DNA of 64,000 nt from an uncultured Planctomycetales bacterium (GCA_964401335.1 CAYNYK010000005.1:8362-72361), one strand, 5' to 3'; positions 1 to 9,554 are shown, numbered from the stretch's first letter. Numbers and translations: made by a program. Notes: generated from the sequence alone by a model not told the origin.

Positions 1-1
1 G

Positions 2-781
2 CGTATTCAGCACCAACGACTGGCCTTGGTATTCATTTCGTTGGCGGGAGCCATCGCTCTGCTGCCGATCGATGCACGTAAATGGGCCGAGTACCGGCGA
101 GGTCGCGCTCAATCCGCTCCGGTTGGCGTACAACTTGATTGGCCTGGCGCAGACGTACCTTTGCTGGGGCGGCGAGTGGCGTTAATCGGAGTCAGCGCCG
201 ACGAGGCGTTGATGTGGCCCGCTTCGCAAATGACCAATGTTGAGGTTATGCCTCTGGCAAGTTCCTGGTCATCCGCTCGGCCGCCGGTCCATCTCTCGAA
301 TCACGTGATCTCCTGGGGTGACAGCGCCTTGCGCCGTTTTCGATACGATCGAAGTCTCTACAATCTGATCTATCAGCGATGTCGCTCCGCTCCGTGTTTA
401 ACGCGTTTCGCGGAATATTCCGATGAATGGCTTGTTCTTCTGGCCGCTCATGTTGCCTCGGGCGGCCAGGTGATCGTGGATGTGCCGATTAACGGGTTGA
501 ACGCCGAAGCGGTGGGCGTCATCGCCGCCACGTTTCGGCAAGCCATGCCCGGTCCGGTCGGTTGGACCCTGGTACAAACCGAGCAAACCTATTTACGTCT
601 CATGGCGCTGATGGGTGATCGGGCACATTCCATTCCCTCGCTGAAGGGTCTATGGATGCCGCTGGATCGAATTCTGACCGAAGATGGCCGCCCCCATTCG
701 ATACGCCGGGACCGTATAACACAGCGGCTCTCAATCAAGGGCCTGAAACCGGTGGCTTGGGAGGACATGCTGAAACCTTGA
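2..781 (+). CDS. Hypothetical protein, 5'-partial (frame is open to the window edge); C-terminal part faintly resembles spermidine-synthase/methyltransferase-fold proteins
   Basis: Frame of ORF 26..781 stays open back to nt 2. GC-rich codon usage is consistent with its neighbours. No diagnostic motif seen. Confidence 0.45.
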   Translation, partial: RIQHQRLALVFISLAGAIALLPIDARKWAEYRRGRAQSAPVGVQLDWPGADVPLLGRRVALIGVSADEALMWPASQMTNVEVMPLASSWSSARPPVHLSNHVISWGDSALRRFRYDRSLYNLIYQRCRSAPCLTRFAEYSDEWLVLLAAHVASGGQVIVDVPINGLNAEAVGVIAATFRQAMPGPVGWTLVQTEQTYLRLMALMGDRAHSIPSLKGLWMPLDRILTEDGRPHSIRRDRITQRLSIKGLKPVAWEDMLKP

Positions 782-984
782 AACGGCCACCTTGGTTGAG
801 CAGCGCTGCCGGAGATCACCATTTGTCCCGCGCGGGTTTCAGTATGAGAAAACACACCGTCTGACTTTTATTATCCTTACCCCCCCAGGATATCGCCTAT
901 TGGTTATCGGAACACGACTCCCCGGCCGTCATTTCCTTGGAATCGATAACATAAGTTGCCCTCGCCGCTTTCCGATACAGAGGG

Positions 985-1524
985 ATGCGGTTTATCTCCA
1001 GAAAACCCTTTGTTTCATCATGGTCCCCGGCGTTGACGGCCTCGGATCATAGTGAAACTCCGCTACAACTGATCGATTCCTTCGCTAAACGTGGATGGAC
1101 CATCGTGGAGGTGCTCATCGTGATTATTGTGCTGGGCATCGTGGCGTTCACGGTGGTGCCGCGCTTTACGAGGGCCGAGGAGAGCGCCGAGGAAAGCCAA
1201 TTGAAAAAACACCTTGAGGTGGTTCGCCGCCAAATCGAGTTGTATCGCATTGAGCACGGCGGGCAATATCCTTCGGCAACGACCGAGGAAGCGTTTCTTC
1301 AACAGATGGTTCAACAGAACAAGTTCGATATTTCGGAGAACGAACCGGCCTTGTCGGCTTCGGATCACGGCCCCTATTTGCCAGGTATTCCCATCAATCC
1401 GTACACGGGCGGAAAGCGGATCACATGTGGCGGCCGTCCGGGCGAAAAGGCCGGCGATTGGTACTACGACCCGGCCACGGGCGATTTCCGGGCAAACCGC
1501 CCAGCGGAAAAAATCCCCTATTAG
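985..1524 (+). CDS. Prepilin-type N-terminal cleavage/methylation domain protein (pseudopilin-like)
   Basis: KRG|WTIVEVLIVIIVLGIVA is a class III signal: G, then a hydrophobic helix with E at +5. The true start is uncertain because the leader would be 37 aa from the first ATG. Confidence 0.7.
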   Translation: MRFISRKPFVSSWSPALTASDHSETPLQLIDSFAKRGWTIVEVLIVIIVLGIVAFTVVPRFTRAEESAEESQLKKHLEVVRRQIELYRIEHGGQYPSATTEEAFLQQMVQQNKFDISENEPALSASDHGPYLPGIPINPYTGGKRITCGGRPGEKAGDWYYDPATGDFRANRPAEKIPY

Positions 1525-1563
1525 TTCGTCAAATCTTTTGGAAAACGACACTATCGGGCTCGT

Positions 1564-1602
1564 CAGACCGTCAGGGGGGAACGGTCTGGCGTCCCGTTTT
1601 TT
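1564..1602 (+). terminator. Intrinsic terminator downstream of the pseudopilin gene
   Basis: Stem cagaccgt/acggtctg, with an alternative stem ggga(a)cg/cgtccc, followed by T6 (1597-1602). Confidence 0.55.
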
Positions 1603-1686
1603 ATGGCCGGCGCATCCTTATGGAAAGGCCGGGCAGCGACACCCGCCCATATCCCGATGTTTTTTGCAGGATGGACGCAAAAGCGT

Positions 1687-2838
1687 ATGATGTCGCCGAT
1701 GTTTGGTTTTGAGATCATACAGGGTGAACCGGGCGGGGCGGCACGGTGTGGGCGGGTGGTGACGCCGCACGGGGCAATCCGCACGCCGGCGTTCATGCCC
1801 GTGGGCACGCAGGGGGCGGTCAAGGGGTTGTGGCCTCGGCAGGTCCGCGAGAGCGGGACGGATATCATTCTGGCCAACACGTACCATCTGGCGTTGCGGC
1901 CGGGGGCGGAGTTGGTCGAGCAGTTGGGTGGACTGCATAAGTTCATGGGTTGGGACGGGCCGATCCTGACGGACAGCGGCGGGTATCAGGTTTTTTCGCT
2001 GGCCGAGCTGCGTAAGATCGATGATGACGGGGTGACGTTTCGCTCGCATATCGACGGGCAGTGGCTACATCTCGATCCCGAATCGGCGACCAGGGTGCAG
2101 AACCGGCTGGGGGCGGACATCATCATGGCGTTCGACGAGTGTCCGCCTGGTGATGCGGAGCGAGAGGTTGTGGCCCGGGCGGTCGAGCGGACGGTGCGGT
2201 GGGCCGAGCGATGCAGGAGATTTCACCAATGCCAGGAGCAAGCCTTGTTCGGTATCGTGCAGGGTGGGGTTTTCCACGACCTGCGGGCGTTGTGCGCCGA
2301 GCGGCTGATGGCTTTGGATTTTCCGGGTTACGCGATCGGGGGGCTTTCGGTGGGCGAGCCGCACGAAAAAATGGTCGAGGTGCTGGGCGAACTGGTACAT
2401 CGGCTACCGGTGGACCGGCCGCGGTATTTGATGGGCGTGGGCATGCCCCGGGACATTCTGGCGGCGGTCCGGGCGGGGGTGGATATGTTCGATTGCGTGT
2501 TGCCCACCCGTAACGGCCGTAATGCTTATGCCTTTACCGCCCGGGCCCCGATCCGGCTTCGTAATGAGCAATATCGGGCCGACGAGCGGCCTTTGGAGAC
2601 CGATTGCTCCTGTCCGACCTGCCGGCAGTTCAGCCGGGCGTACCTGCGGCATCTGTTCATGGCGCGGGAGATGCTTGGCCCGATCCTCGTTTCCCTGCAT
2701 AATATATGCTTCTACCAGCGGTTCATGAGCCGCTTGCGAGACTTGATTCCGACCAGCGATTGGGCGACCATGCTGGCGGAGTTCCCTGTGGCCGGCGCGG
2801 GCGGCGGGGACCATGGCGTATTTAATGGAGACACATAG
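1687..2838 (+). CDS. tgt: Queuine tRNA-ribosyltransferase
   Basis: [53 protein letters not shown], and a CxCxxC zinc site (CSCPTC). Start moved to the internal ATG at 1687. Confidence 0.95.
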   Translation: MMSPMFGFEIIQGEPGGAARCGRVVTPHGAIRTPAFMPVGTQGAVKGLWPRQVRESGTDIILANTYHLALRPGAELVEQLGGLHKFMGWDGPILTDSGGYQVFSLAELRKIDDDGVTFRSHIDGQWLHLDPESATRVQNRLGADIIMAFDECPPGDAEREVVARAVERTVRWAERCRRFHQCQEQALFGIVQGGVFHDLRALCAERLMALDFPGYAIGGLSVGEPHEKMVEVLGELVHRLPVDRPRYLMGVGMPRDILAAVRAGVDMFDCVLPTRNGRNAYAFTARAPIRLRNEQYRADERPLETDCSCPTCRQFSRAYLRHLFMAREMLGPILVSLHNICFYQRFMSRLRDLIPTSDWATMLAEFPVAGAGGGDHGVFNGDT

Positions 2839-3164
2839 TGTTCAACATATTTAATCTGACCATTCTGGCCCAGCAAAACCCGAACACCATCTGGTTCGGC
2901 TTGCTGTTGATGATCGTGGTGTTTTACGTTTTTGTGATCTTCGGCAGCCGCAAGGACAAAAAGAAACGCCAGGATATGCTGGCCGCGATCAAGAAAAACG
3001 ATCGCGTCATGACCATCGGCGGAATTATCGGTTCGGTGGTATCGACCACGGATCATGAAGTGGTTCTCAAGGTCGACGAGTCCGCCAACGTCAAGATCAC
3101 GGTCATCCGCAGCGCGATCCAGAAGGTACTCAGCGAGGGCGAGAAGCCCGGCGAGGGTAATTGA
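2838..3164 (+). CDS. yajC: Preprotein translocase subunit YajC
   Basis: Single N-terminal TM helix, then RKDKKKRQDML..IKKNDRVMTIGGIIGSVV..VVLKVD. Conserved tgt-yajC synteny. GTG start overlaps the tgt stop by 1 nt. Confidence 0.9.
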   Translation: MFNIFNLTILAQQNPNTIWFGLLLMIVVFYVFVIFGSRKDKKKRQDMLAAIKKNDRVMTIGGIIGSVVSTTDHEVVLKVDESANVKITVIRSAIQKVLSEGEKPGEGN

Positions 3165-3221
3165 CGTCCCTGAGGGCGCAGCAGTCGGACGTAATACGAA
3201 TCGGGTAGCCGGCAGGGGCAT

Positions 3222-3274
3222 GCACGGGCAGGTTTAACCCCGTTTTTGTCAAACGGGGTTAAACCTGTCCATGC
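3222..3274. terminator. Long hairpin between convergent genes (probable bidirectional terminator)
   Basis: Perfect 15-bp arms ggtttaaccccgttt (3231-3245) / aaacggggttaaacc (3251-3265), extendable to ~24 bp with one mismatch and one G-U pair. There is no classic T-run outside the stem. Confidence 0.55.
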
Positions 3275-3366
3275 CACCCAATACATTTGCTTATGACACC
3301 CAGCAGAGCTGTCCATGCTACTCAATACAACGGCATATGCCCTTTAGGGCGGGGGATTGATCCAGG

Positions 3367-4140
3367 CTATTTGCAGAAGACGAGCCAGCCGAACTTTTCC
3401 GGGCGGTGGAAATTGATGATACCCGGCGGCGACCAGGCGGTGTATTCATCAATCTGTTTGTCCGCCGGCCGATCGATGCGGTACAGGTTCCAGCGCCAGC
3501 GATCGCCGGCAACCGGGGGGTGGTTCGGGGCCTGAGCAAACTCGCCGAAGGGGATGGCGATTTCGACCGACCAGCGTTTGCACCCGGCCGGGTTCGAACC
3601 GCGCTGGTTACCAACAGTGCCTTCGACAGCGACGGCCGAGTGCAGTCCCTCGCAGGTGTATTCCTTAATGAAGAATTTGATCCATTTGCCCTGTCCGGCA
3701 TTGAGCACGTAGGCGTCAAACACCGTGTTGTTCGGGCTGATTTCCAATTCGAGATAAGATTTACCATCGGCGTTGTCGTCGATGAAAACCTCGACCACCT
3801 CATGCTTGAAAATCGATGCATCCCGTTCGGTTTCGCTGGCCCAGATATCGTCATCGATGCAGTCGAAGGCGACAAACAGGTGTTTGTCGGACCATAAGGC
3901 CCGCGCGGTTACCGGCTGGCGGGGTGGCCGCCCCGTGTCGGCCAGGACCAGATTGACCACTTGGGCTTTTTGCCAGACCGCGTCGTTGAGACGCCCGTCA
4001 ATCACCGGCGATTGCTCGGTGTATTGACAACGGTAAACCGGACCCGCCAGAGGGGCTTGCTGGCAACCGGCGGCGAGGAAAATAGACACACAACCCGTTA
4101 TAAACAATCCAAACTTGATGTTCATGATCCGCTCCTTCAT
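3367..4140 (-). CDS. Lipoprotein with carbohydrate-binding family 9 / DOMON-like domain
   Basis: Lipobox FLAAGC. IDGRLND.VW..A, LWSD..L.VAF.C.D, EVFID, and W..EIAIPF are typical of CBM9-like domains. Confidence 0.65.
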   Translation of the reverse strand: MKERIMNIKFGLFITGCVSIFLAAGCQQAPLAGPVYRCQYTEQSPVIDGRLNDAVWQKAQVVNLVLADTGRPPRQPVTARALWSDKHLFVAFDCIDDDIWASETERDASIFKHEVVEVFIDDNADGKSYLELEISPNNTVFDAYVLNAGQGKWIKFFIKEYTCEGLHSAVAVEGTVGNQRGSNPAGCKRWSVEIAIPFGEFAQAPNHPPVAGDRWRWNLYRIDRPADKQIDEYTAWSPPGIINFHRPEKFGWLVFCK

Positions 4141-4154
4141 GTTCTTGAACTATA

Positions 4155-5099
4155 TCAATCACCCGGCCGACAGGCCCGGATAATATCCTCGGCCCCGGCG
4201 GCGCGGAGGTCGGCCACCACGTTGTTCACTAATCCTACCATATCCGAAACCGGTTGGTGAGAGGAGGCCCGGGCCTCTTTTTGAGCTTTGGGATCGATGA
4301 CCAGGGCATCGCAGTATAACTGTCCACCTTCGACACGCACGTAGACCGCGACGGGGGCCCGGCATCCAGCGTCGAGTTCGGCCAGAATCCGCCGCTCGCA
4401 ATTGACGGCCGTTGCCGTCGGCTCATCATGTATGGGGCTGAGAATCTCGGCTAGTCGGCCATCGTCACATCGGCCTTCGAGGGCCAAGGCCCCTTGCCCC
4501 GGCGCCGGCAGCATCAGCGACAGATCGAGCACCTGCGTTATTTCGCTTTCCAGGCCGACTCGTTTCAGGCCGGCGACCGCCAGGATCGCGCCCGCACAAT
4601 CTCCACGGCGGACCTTGCGGATGCGCGTGTCCACGTTGCCGCGCAAGGCGACGAAACTCAAATCGCCGCGCCGTCGGAGCAATTGGGCCTGACGCCGCAG
4701 GCTGGTCGTGCCCACCTTGCCGCCCCCGGGCAGTTCCTCAAAGGGACGGCCGTCGGCGGAGATAAAGGTGTCGCGTGGATCCTCGCGCGCCGGCCAAGCG
4801 AGGACGGCCAATCCATCATGAAGCTTTGTGGGCAGATCCTTGGCCGAATGCACCGCCAGGTCGATCGAGCCGTTGAGCAGGGCCTCTTGAAGCTCTTCGG
4901 TGAACAATCCCTTGCCGCCAATTTCAGGCAGCGGGCGGCCGCGCAGCCGATCACCCGTGGTGGTGATGATCTGTTGACGGATTCGCAGGCGAGGATGGAC
5001 TTCGGTCAGCCGGTCGATCACCCATTGGGTCTGGGCGATGGCCAGCTTCGAGCCGCGCGTCCCGACGACGAGCGTATCACTATGGCCGGTTGTGCTCAC
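4155..5099 (-). CDS. hemC: Porphobilinogen deaminase (hydroxymethylbilane synthase)
   Basis: VVGTRGSKLAIAQT, GDR..........GGKGLFTEEL, RGNVDTR, LPAPGQGALA. GTGA overlap with the upstream dehydrogenase gene. Confidence 0.93.
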   Translation of the reverse strand: MSTTGHSDTLVVGTRGSKLAIAQTQWVIDRLTEVHPRLRIRQQIITTTGDRLRGRPLPEIGGKGLFTEELQEALLNGSIDLAVHSAKDLPTKLHDGLAVLAWPAREDPRDTFISADGRPFEELPGGGKVGTTSLRRQAQLLRRRGDLSFVALRGNVDTRIRKVRRGDCAGAILAVAGLKRVGLESEITQVLDLSLMLPAPGQGALALEGRCDDGRLAEILSPIHDEPTATAVNCERRILAELDAGCRAPVAVYVRVEGGQLYCDALVIDPKAQKEARASSHQPVSDMVGLVNNVVADLRAAGAEDIIRACRPGD

Positions 5100-6106
5100 T
5101 TGAGTTTCCGAATGATCGCCTCGGTGAACTGGTCGGTGGTGGCCCGGCCGCCGATGTCCGCGGTGAGCTGGGCCGGATCACCTTCGGTCAGAACGGCGTC
5201 GTACGCATCGCGAATACGGTCGGCGGCCTGATTTTCGTCGAGGTGGCGAAGCATCATCACGCCGCTCATGATGCAGGCCAGCGGATTGGCCAGCCCCTTG
5301 CGGGCGATGTCCGGAGCGGAGCCGTGCACCGGTTCAAAAACGGCACAACCGGTGCCGAAATTCGCCCCCGGTACCACACCCAATCCGCCAACCAAGCCGG
5401 CGGCCATGTCACTGACGATGTCGCCGTAGAGGTTTTCAAGCAGCAGAATATCAAACCGGCCGGGGTCGCGGACCATCTGCATGCAACCGTTGTCGATAAT
5501 CAGTTGGTCGTAAGCCACGCGGCCGACATAATCACGGTGTACTTTTTGGGCGCAACGCAGGAAAAGCCCGTCGGACATTTTCATGATATTAGCCTTGTGG
5601 AAGACGGTGACGTTCTGACGCTTGCGGGAGACGGCGTAATCGAAGGCGAAACGGGCGATTCGCAAGCAGGCCTCCTCGGTGGCGATCTTGAGGCTCTGGA
5701 CCACGCCGGGGATGATCTCGTTTTCGATGCCGGAATAGAGACCCTCGGTATTCTCGCGAATGATGACCATATCGACGTTATCGAAGCGGGTCTTGATGCC
5801 GGGCAGGTTGCGCACGGGGCGGACGGCCGCGAAGAGTTTGAGACGTTTGCGGAGCTGCACGTTGACGCTGGCATGGCCGCGACCGATGGGCGTGGTGACC
5901 GGACCCTTCAGGGCGACGCCGTGTCCGGCGATGGCCGCGATCGTCCGCTCGGGAAGCACCGAGCCGCAGAATTCGACAGCCGTCTCGCCGATCGGCAGCG
6001 ATACCCACTCGATATCCACCCCCGCCGCCTCGATTACCCGCTTGGTCGCCCCGATTACCTCCGGGCCGATGCCGTCACCGGGCAACAAGCAAACCGTATG
6101 GGCCAT
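5096..6106 (-). CDS. Isocitrate/isopropylmalate dehydrogenase family enzyme, most like NAD-dependent isocitrate (or homoisocitrate) dehydrogenase
   Basis: LPGDGIGPEV, IRENTEGLYSG, NLYGDIVSD, FEPVHGSAPDIA. The 335-aa length fits the short IDH3/HICDH-like subgroup. Confidence 0.85.
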   Translation of the reverse strand: MAHTVCLLPGDGIGPEVIGATKRVIEAAGVDIEWVSLPIGETAVEFCGSVLPERTIAAIAGHGVALKGPVTTPIGRGHASVNVQLRKRLKLFAAVRPVRNLPGIKTRFDNVDMVIIRENTEGLYSGIENEIIPGVVQSLKIATEEACLRIARFAFDYAVSRKRQNVTVFHKANIMKMSDGLFLRCAQKVHRDYVGRVAYDQLIIDNGCMQMVRDPGRFDILLLENLYGDIVSDMAAGLVGGLGVVPGANFGTGCAVFEPVHGSAPDIARKGLANPLACIMSGVMMLRHLDENQAADRIRDAYDAVLTEGDPAQLTADIGGRATTDQFTEAIIRKLK

Positions 6107-6520
6107 TGTTGTACCTTTCGTTCATGGAAGAGGCCGACAGGACGGCCTGGCGTTTACACGACGCTACCTGCGATTCGCAACGATTTTCCGATTATAACCG
6201 GTCGGCGTCTGGGAGCAACGTAAAGCAGGGCCGTTCGGTTATAACGGCATAGCGGGTTGCCGGTTAGCCCTGTAGCATGCCTGTGAAATATGCAAATGTA
6301 ACAGGGGTCAGAGTGGCATGGGCAGGCCCTTGTCGCGCCCGGCGGGACAAGGGTTTGCCCGTGTTTCTCCGGTAATTCAATGATGGGGTGACCTCACCAA
6401 GCCATTCGGAACATACCTGTGCCATTGTTTTCGTATGTAACCCGAGAAAACAACGATGAACCGCTTGGCAACGTTCGTGATAACCAGCATAATAACAATG
6501 CCTGAAATATGGAGGCGGCG

Positions 6521-7447
6521 ATGAAGATCAAACCGGACCAGATTATTAATGGCGATTGCGTAAAGGGCATGGGGCAGATCGAGCCCGGCTCGGTGGACTT
6601 GGCGTTCGCGGACCCGCCGTTCAATATCGGTTACAAGTACGACGTGTACGACGACGAGCGCGGCGACGATGAATATCTCAACTGGTCGCGGTCGTGGATG
6701 GGCGCGGTGGTGAGGGCGCTCAAACCCAGCGGCACATTCTGGCTGGCGATCGGCGACGAATACGCGGCCGAGCTGAAAGTAATCGCCACGAAGGAACTGC
6801 ACCTGATCTGCCGAAGCTGGGTGGTGTGGTATTACACGTTCGGGGTGAACTGCGTGCGAAAATTCAGCCGCAGCCACGCCCACCTTTTCTATTTCATCAA
6901 AGATCCGAATAATTTCACCTTCAATGCCGACGACCCGGCCATTCGGATTCCCTCGGCCCGGCAACTGGTTTACGCCGACGCCCGGGCCAATCCCAAGGGA
7001 CGACTGCCCGACGACACTTGGATACTGCGTCCGCAGGACCTGCCGGACGGCTTTGGGCCGGAGCAGGATACGTGGTATTTCCCGCGGGTGTGCGGTACGT
7101 TCAAGGAGCGTAAAGGCTGGCACGGCTGCCAGATGCCCGAGCAGTTACTCGGCCGCATCATTCGGGCGTGCTCCAATCCAGGAGAACTGGTCCTGGATCC
7201 CTTCGCTGGCAGTGGGACGACGTTATCGGTGGCCAAGAAACTGGGGCGTCAGTATCTGGGTTTTGAATTATCGAAGGAGTATGCCGAGCAGGTTCGCAAT
7301 CGCCTGGCCTCGATCAAGACCGGCGACCCGCTCGACGGGACCGCCGAGCCCCTGCGTAGTGTCCCGGCCACACCGGAGCAGCCGAGGCAGCGACGGCGAC
7401 AAATCACGAGTAAACCGGATTCGTTGTCGCAAAGTTTGTTTGCGTGA
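6521..7447 (+). CDS. Site-specific DNA methyltransferase, beta-class (N6-adenine or N4-cytosine), orphan
   Basis: Motif IV DPPFN comes before motif [10 protein letters not shown], which is the beta permutation. INGDC..G leader as in ParB-less CcrM/M.HinfI-like enzymes. No nuclease gene is adjacent. Confidence 0.85.
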   Translation: MKIKPDQIINGDCVKGMGQIEPGSVDLAFADPPFNIGYKYDVYDDERGDDEYLNWSRSWMGAVVRALKPSGTFWLAIGDEYAAELKVIATKELHLICRSWVVWYYTFGVNCVRKFSRSHAHLFYFIKDPNNFTFNADDPAIRIPSARQLVYADARANPKGRLPDDTWILRPQDLPDGFGPEQDTWYFPRVCGTFKERKGWHGCQMPEQLLGRIIRACSNPGELVLDPFAGSGTTLSVAKKLGRQYLGFELSKEYAEQVRNRLASIKTGDPLDGTAEPLRSVPATPEQPRQRRRQITSKPDSLSQSLFA

Positions 7448-7452
7448 GAAAG

Positions 7453-7473
7453 CGGATCAGCATTCAGCGGTCA
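7453..7473 (-). repeat. Phased heptanucleotide repeat (TGANNGC)x3, minus-strand orientation
   Basis: TCA at 7457, 7464 and 7471 (period 7). Reverse-complement units are tgaccgc/tgaatgc/tgatccg. The array starts 6 nt after the methyltransferase stop. Confidence 0.7.
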
Positions 7474-7664
7474 GCTTGCAGTAATCGGCGTTCGGCATTG
7501 CGGGAATGTTCATGAGCTTGGGGAACACGAAGCGGAAGTTGCTCCCGGTCGCCAGCGCGGTATAGTGCATGGTGTTCACCAGCTTTCACGGAGTTTCGGG
7601 GCCTCCGCGCAAGCGGCCGTTACGGCCTCCATATTCCCGCCCCGGCCAGTAGAAAGGTGGAACC

Positions 7665-7991
7665 ATGCGTCTCTTATCCTACATCTTCGTTGGCGTTCTG
7701 ATCGGCAGTCTTGTATGCGTCGTTGGTTGCAAGAAGGAAGAGGAGAAACCGGCGTCAACCATAGGCGGTGCGTTGGAAAAGGCCACCGGCGAAATCGAGA
7801 AGGCTTCCGAGAAAGCCGTCGAGCAGGCCGAGAAGAATCTCGAAGCCGTCACCCAGGCCATCAAGGACGGCAATCATGATGCCGCCGAGAAAACCCTCAA
7901 GACGCTGGAAGACATCAAGAACACCTTGCCGGAGTCATTGCAGAAGAAGATTGACGACACCCGCAAGGCGTTGAACGACGCGAAGAAATAA
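7665..7991 (+). CDS. Small secreted lipoprotein, Lys/Glu-rich helical
   Basis: Signal peptide plus lipobox VVGC. RBS aaaggtgg upstream. Low-complexity E/K/A-rich mature part. Confidence 0.6.
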   Translation: MRLLSYIFVGVLIGSLVCVVGCKKEEEKPASTIGGALEKATGEIEKASEKAVEQAEKNLEAVTQAIKDGNHDAAEKTLKTLEDIKNTLPESLQKKIDDTRKALNDAKK

Positions 7992-8067
7992 GTCGTCCGA
8001 CCGGGGACTCTCGGAACGTCAATACCGAGCGAAGGGGTGCTAGTTACCGTTGTCGGCAAATCGGTGT

Positions 8068-8346
8068 TCATCTGGGCAGTTCGTACAACCCCTGACCCGC
8101 ATAACGAAGCTTGCCTTGTTGGACAAGGGCGTCCCACACGATCTTGGGATATTGATTGGGTGGTTGGATGGCCTGGATGCTCGACTTGCCCCCGCTGCTC
8201 ATGGCTCCACGTCCGAGACTTGATTCATCATCAAGACGGGTGAGCTTGAGCCGTTTCTTGAAAGCGTGATACGCCTTTTTTATTTGCTCGGGGGGAATGC
8301 TCGATTCCGATTGATCCCGGTTTTCAGGTTGATCCATGTTCATCAA
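8068..8346 (-). CDS. Hypothetical protein (92 aa)
   Basis: ORF of reasonable composition, co-oriented with 8391..8579. No recognisable motif. Confidence 0.45.
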   Translation of the reverse strand: MMNMDQPENRDQSESSIPPEQIKKAYHAFKKRLKLTRLDDESSLGRGAMSSGGKSSIQAIQPPNQYPKIVWDALVQQGKLRYAGQGLYELPR

Positions 8347-8390
8347 TCGCTTTCCTTGGCGAGCAGGGTAACTTCCTCGTCGTCAAAGCA

Positions 8391-8579
8391 TCATGTTGCC
8401 TTTGTGATCTGTTCTATCTTTACGTTGCGATAGAATCCCTCCGCGATGATTTTATCGTGTTCCACCCTTGCCTCGGCCTCGGTGTCGTACTTGCCAAGCG
8501 TCACGATCTTATTGTCTGATGAACGGCCTCGGATACGCCAATGCCAGACCTTCGGTTCGCCCTTTGGTCGAATAATCAT
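8391..8579 (-). CDS. Small protein with AP2-like DNA-binding signature (tentative)
   Basis: WHWRIRGRSSDNKIVTLGKYDTEAEARVEHD resembles the AP2/ERF core W.ARI...GK...LG.F.T.EEAA.AYD. Confidence 0.4.
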   Translation of the reverse strand: MIIRPKGEPKVWHWRIRGRSSDNKIVTLGKYDTEAEARVEHDKIIAEGFYRNVKIEQITKAT

Positions 8580-8667
8580 GAAATCCTCAATTCAAGCCCA
8601 GATACTCAGTCGCAGGTTGCCGATTTTTCCCGCAGTAAACGGTCTTCGCCCCCCTATTCTACCAGAA

Positions 8668-8696
8668 TTGACTCAAGAAGGCACATCGGGTATTAT
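8668..8696 (+). promoter_or_regulatory. Sigma70-type promoter for the RRM protein gene
   Basis: TTGACT (8668-8673), 17-nt spacer, TATTAT (8691-8696). It predicts a ~150-nt 5'UTR before the ATG at 8854. Confidence 0.45.
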
Positions 8697-8853
8697 ACGG
8701 TTCGGTTGGTTCGTCGAAAGAGCCGGATACGACCATCGTCGCACCCTTCTCGTTCGTCTTCCTGCCATACCGGGTTGAATGTCAGCCCCTTTCCACTTGG
8801 ACCCGGAAAGCAAAATGCGGGTTCCCCAAGCCATTCACACAGGAGATCGACGA

Positions 8854-9165
8854 ATGGGCAAAAAATTATACGTTGGAAACCTGACCTATGACATGACCAG
8901 TTCCGCCCTTGAAACGCTGTTTACGGAGCATGGAACCGTGCAGAGCGCGGAAGTCATCATGGACCGTTCGACGGGACGAAGCAAGGGCTTCGGCTTTGTT
9001 GAAATGGGTTCGGATCAAGAGGCTCAGGCGGCCATCTCGGCACTGAACGGCCAAGACCATGGCGGGCGAGCCCTAACGGTCAATGAAGCCAAGCCTCGCG
9101 AATCCCGCGGCGGCGGTGGCGGCGGCGGTCGTGGTGGTTACGGCGGCGGTCGTAGCCGCTATTAG
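8854..9165 (+). CDS. RRM-type RNA-binding protein with Gly-rich tail
   Basis: RNP2 LYVGNL and RNP1 KGFGFVEM. C-terminal GGGGGGRGGYGGGR. RBS aggaga 8 nt upstream of the ATG at 8854. Confidence 0.9.
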   Translation: MGKKLYVGNLTYDMTSSALETLFTEHGTVQSAEVIMDRSTGRSKGFGFVEMGSDQEAQAAISALNGQDHGGRALTVNEAKPRESRGGGGGGGRGGYGGGRSRY

Positions 9166-9197
9166 ACCATAGTAATCCGTCAGACTATGAAACCACG

Positions 9198-9222
9198 GGG
9201 CCACGGAAGTGGCCCTTTTTTA
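9198..9222 (+). terminator. Intrinsic terminator
   Basis: gggccac-ggaa-gtggccc followed by T6. Confidence 0.75.
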
Positions 9223-9554
9223 TTGGGAGTGAACGAGGGGCGTCGCCGGAGTCGGTAGTCGAACGATTCGTGCCCCGCCTCGACCGGATTTACGAGTTAC
9301 AACAAATGTCCAAGTCCTCACGGGTAGCATGAGACGCTGCCGCCCATGGACGGCCTGGCAAACGAATTACTGGATCATGTAAGGGCATGCCATCGGGGGG
9401 GCTACCTATTTCGATGACCATTTGATTTTCCAGCTTGGGTTTCTCGGTACCAAGAGTGCATTTCCCACGTCAACCAACTTTTTGAGGTATCTGTACCCAT
9501 TTTTCCGTCGCCTATATGATGGGAGATGAGGAAAGGATATTGGGAGGCGTTGGG

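Noticed and set aside
5090-6223. Long ORFs antisense to well-supported genes. Examples are 5090..6223, 6377..7123, 9402..10283, 17858..19111, 21705..22697, 39657..40829, 47955..49274, 59974..60654 and 60673..61350.
   Set aside because: They mirror confidently identified CDS on the other strand. Their Arg/Gly/Pro/His-rich composition is typical of shadow frames in ~60% GC DNA, and they carry no motifs.
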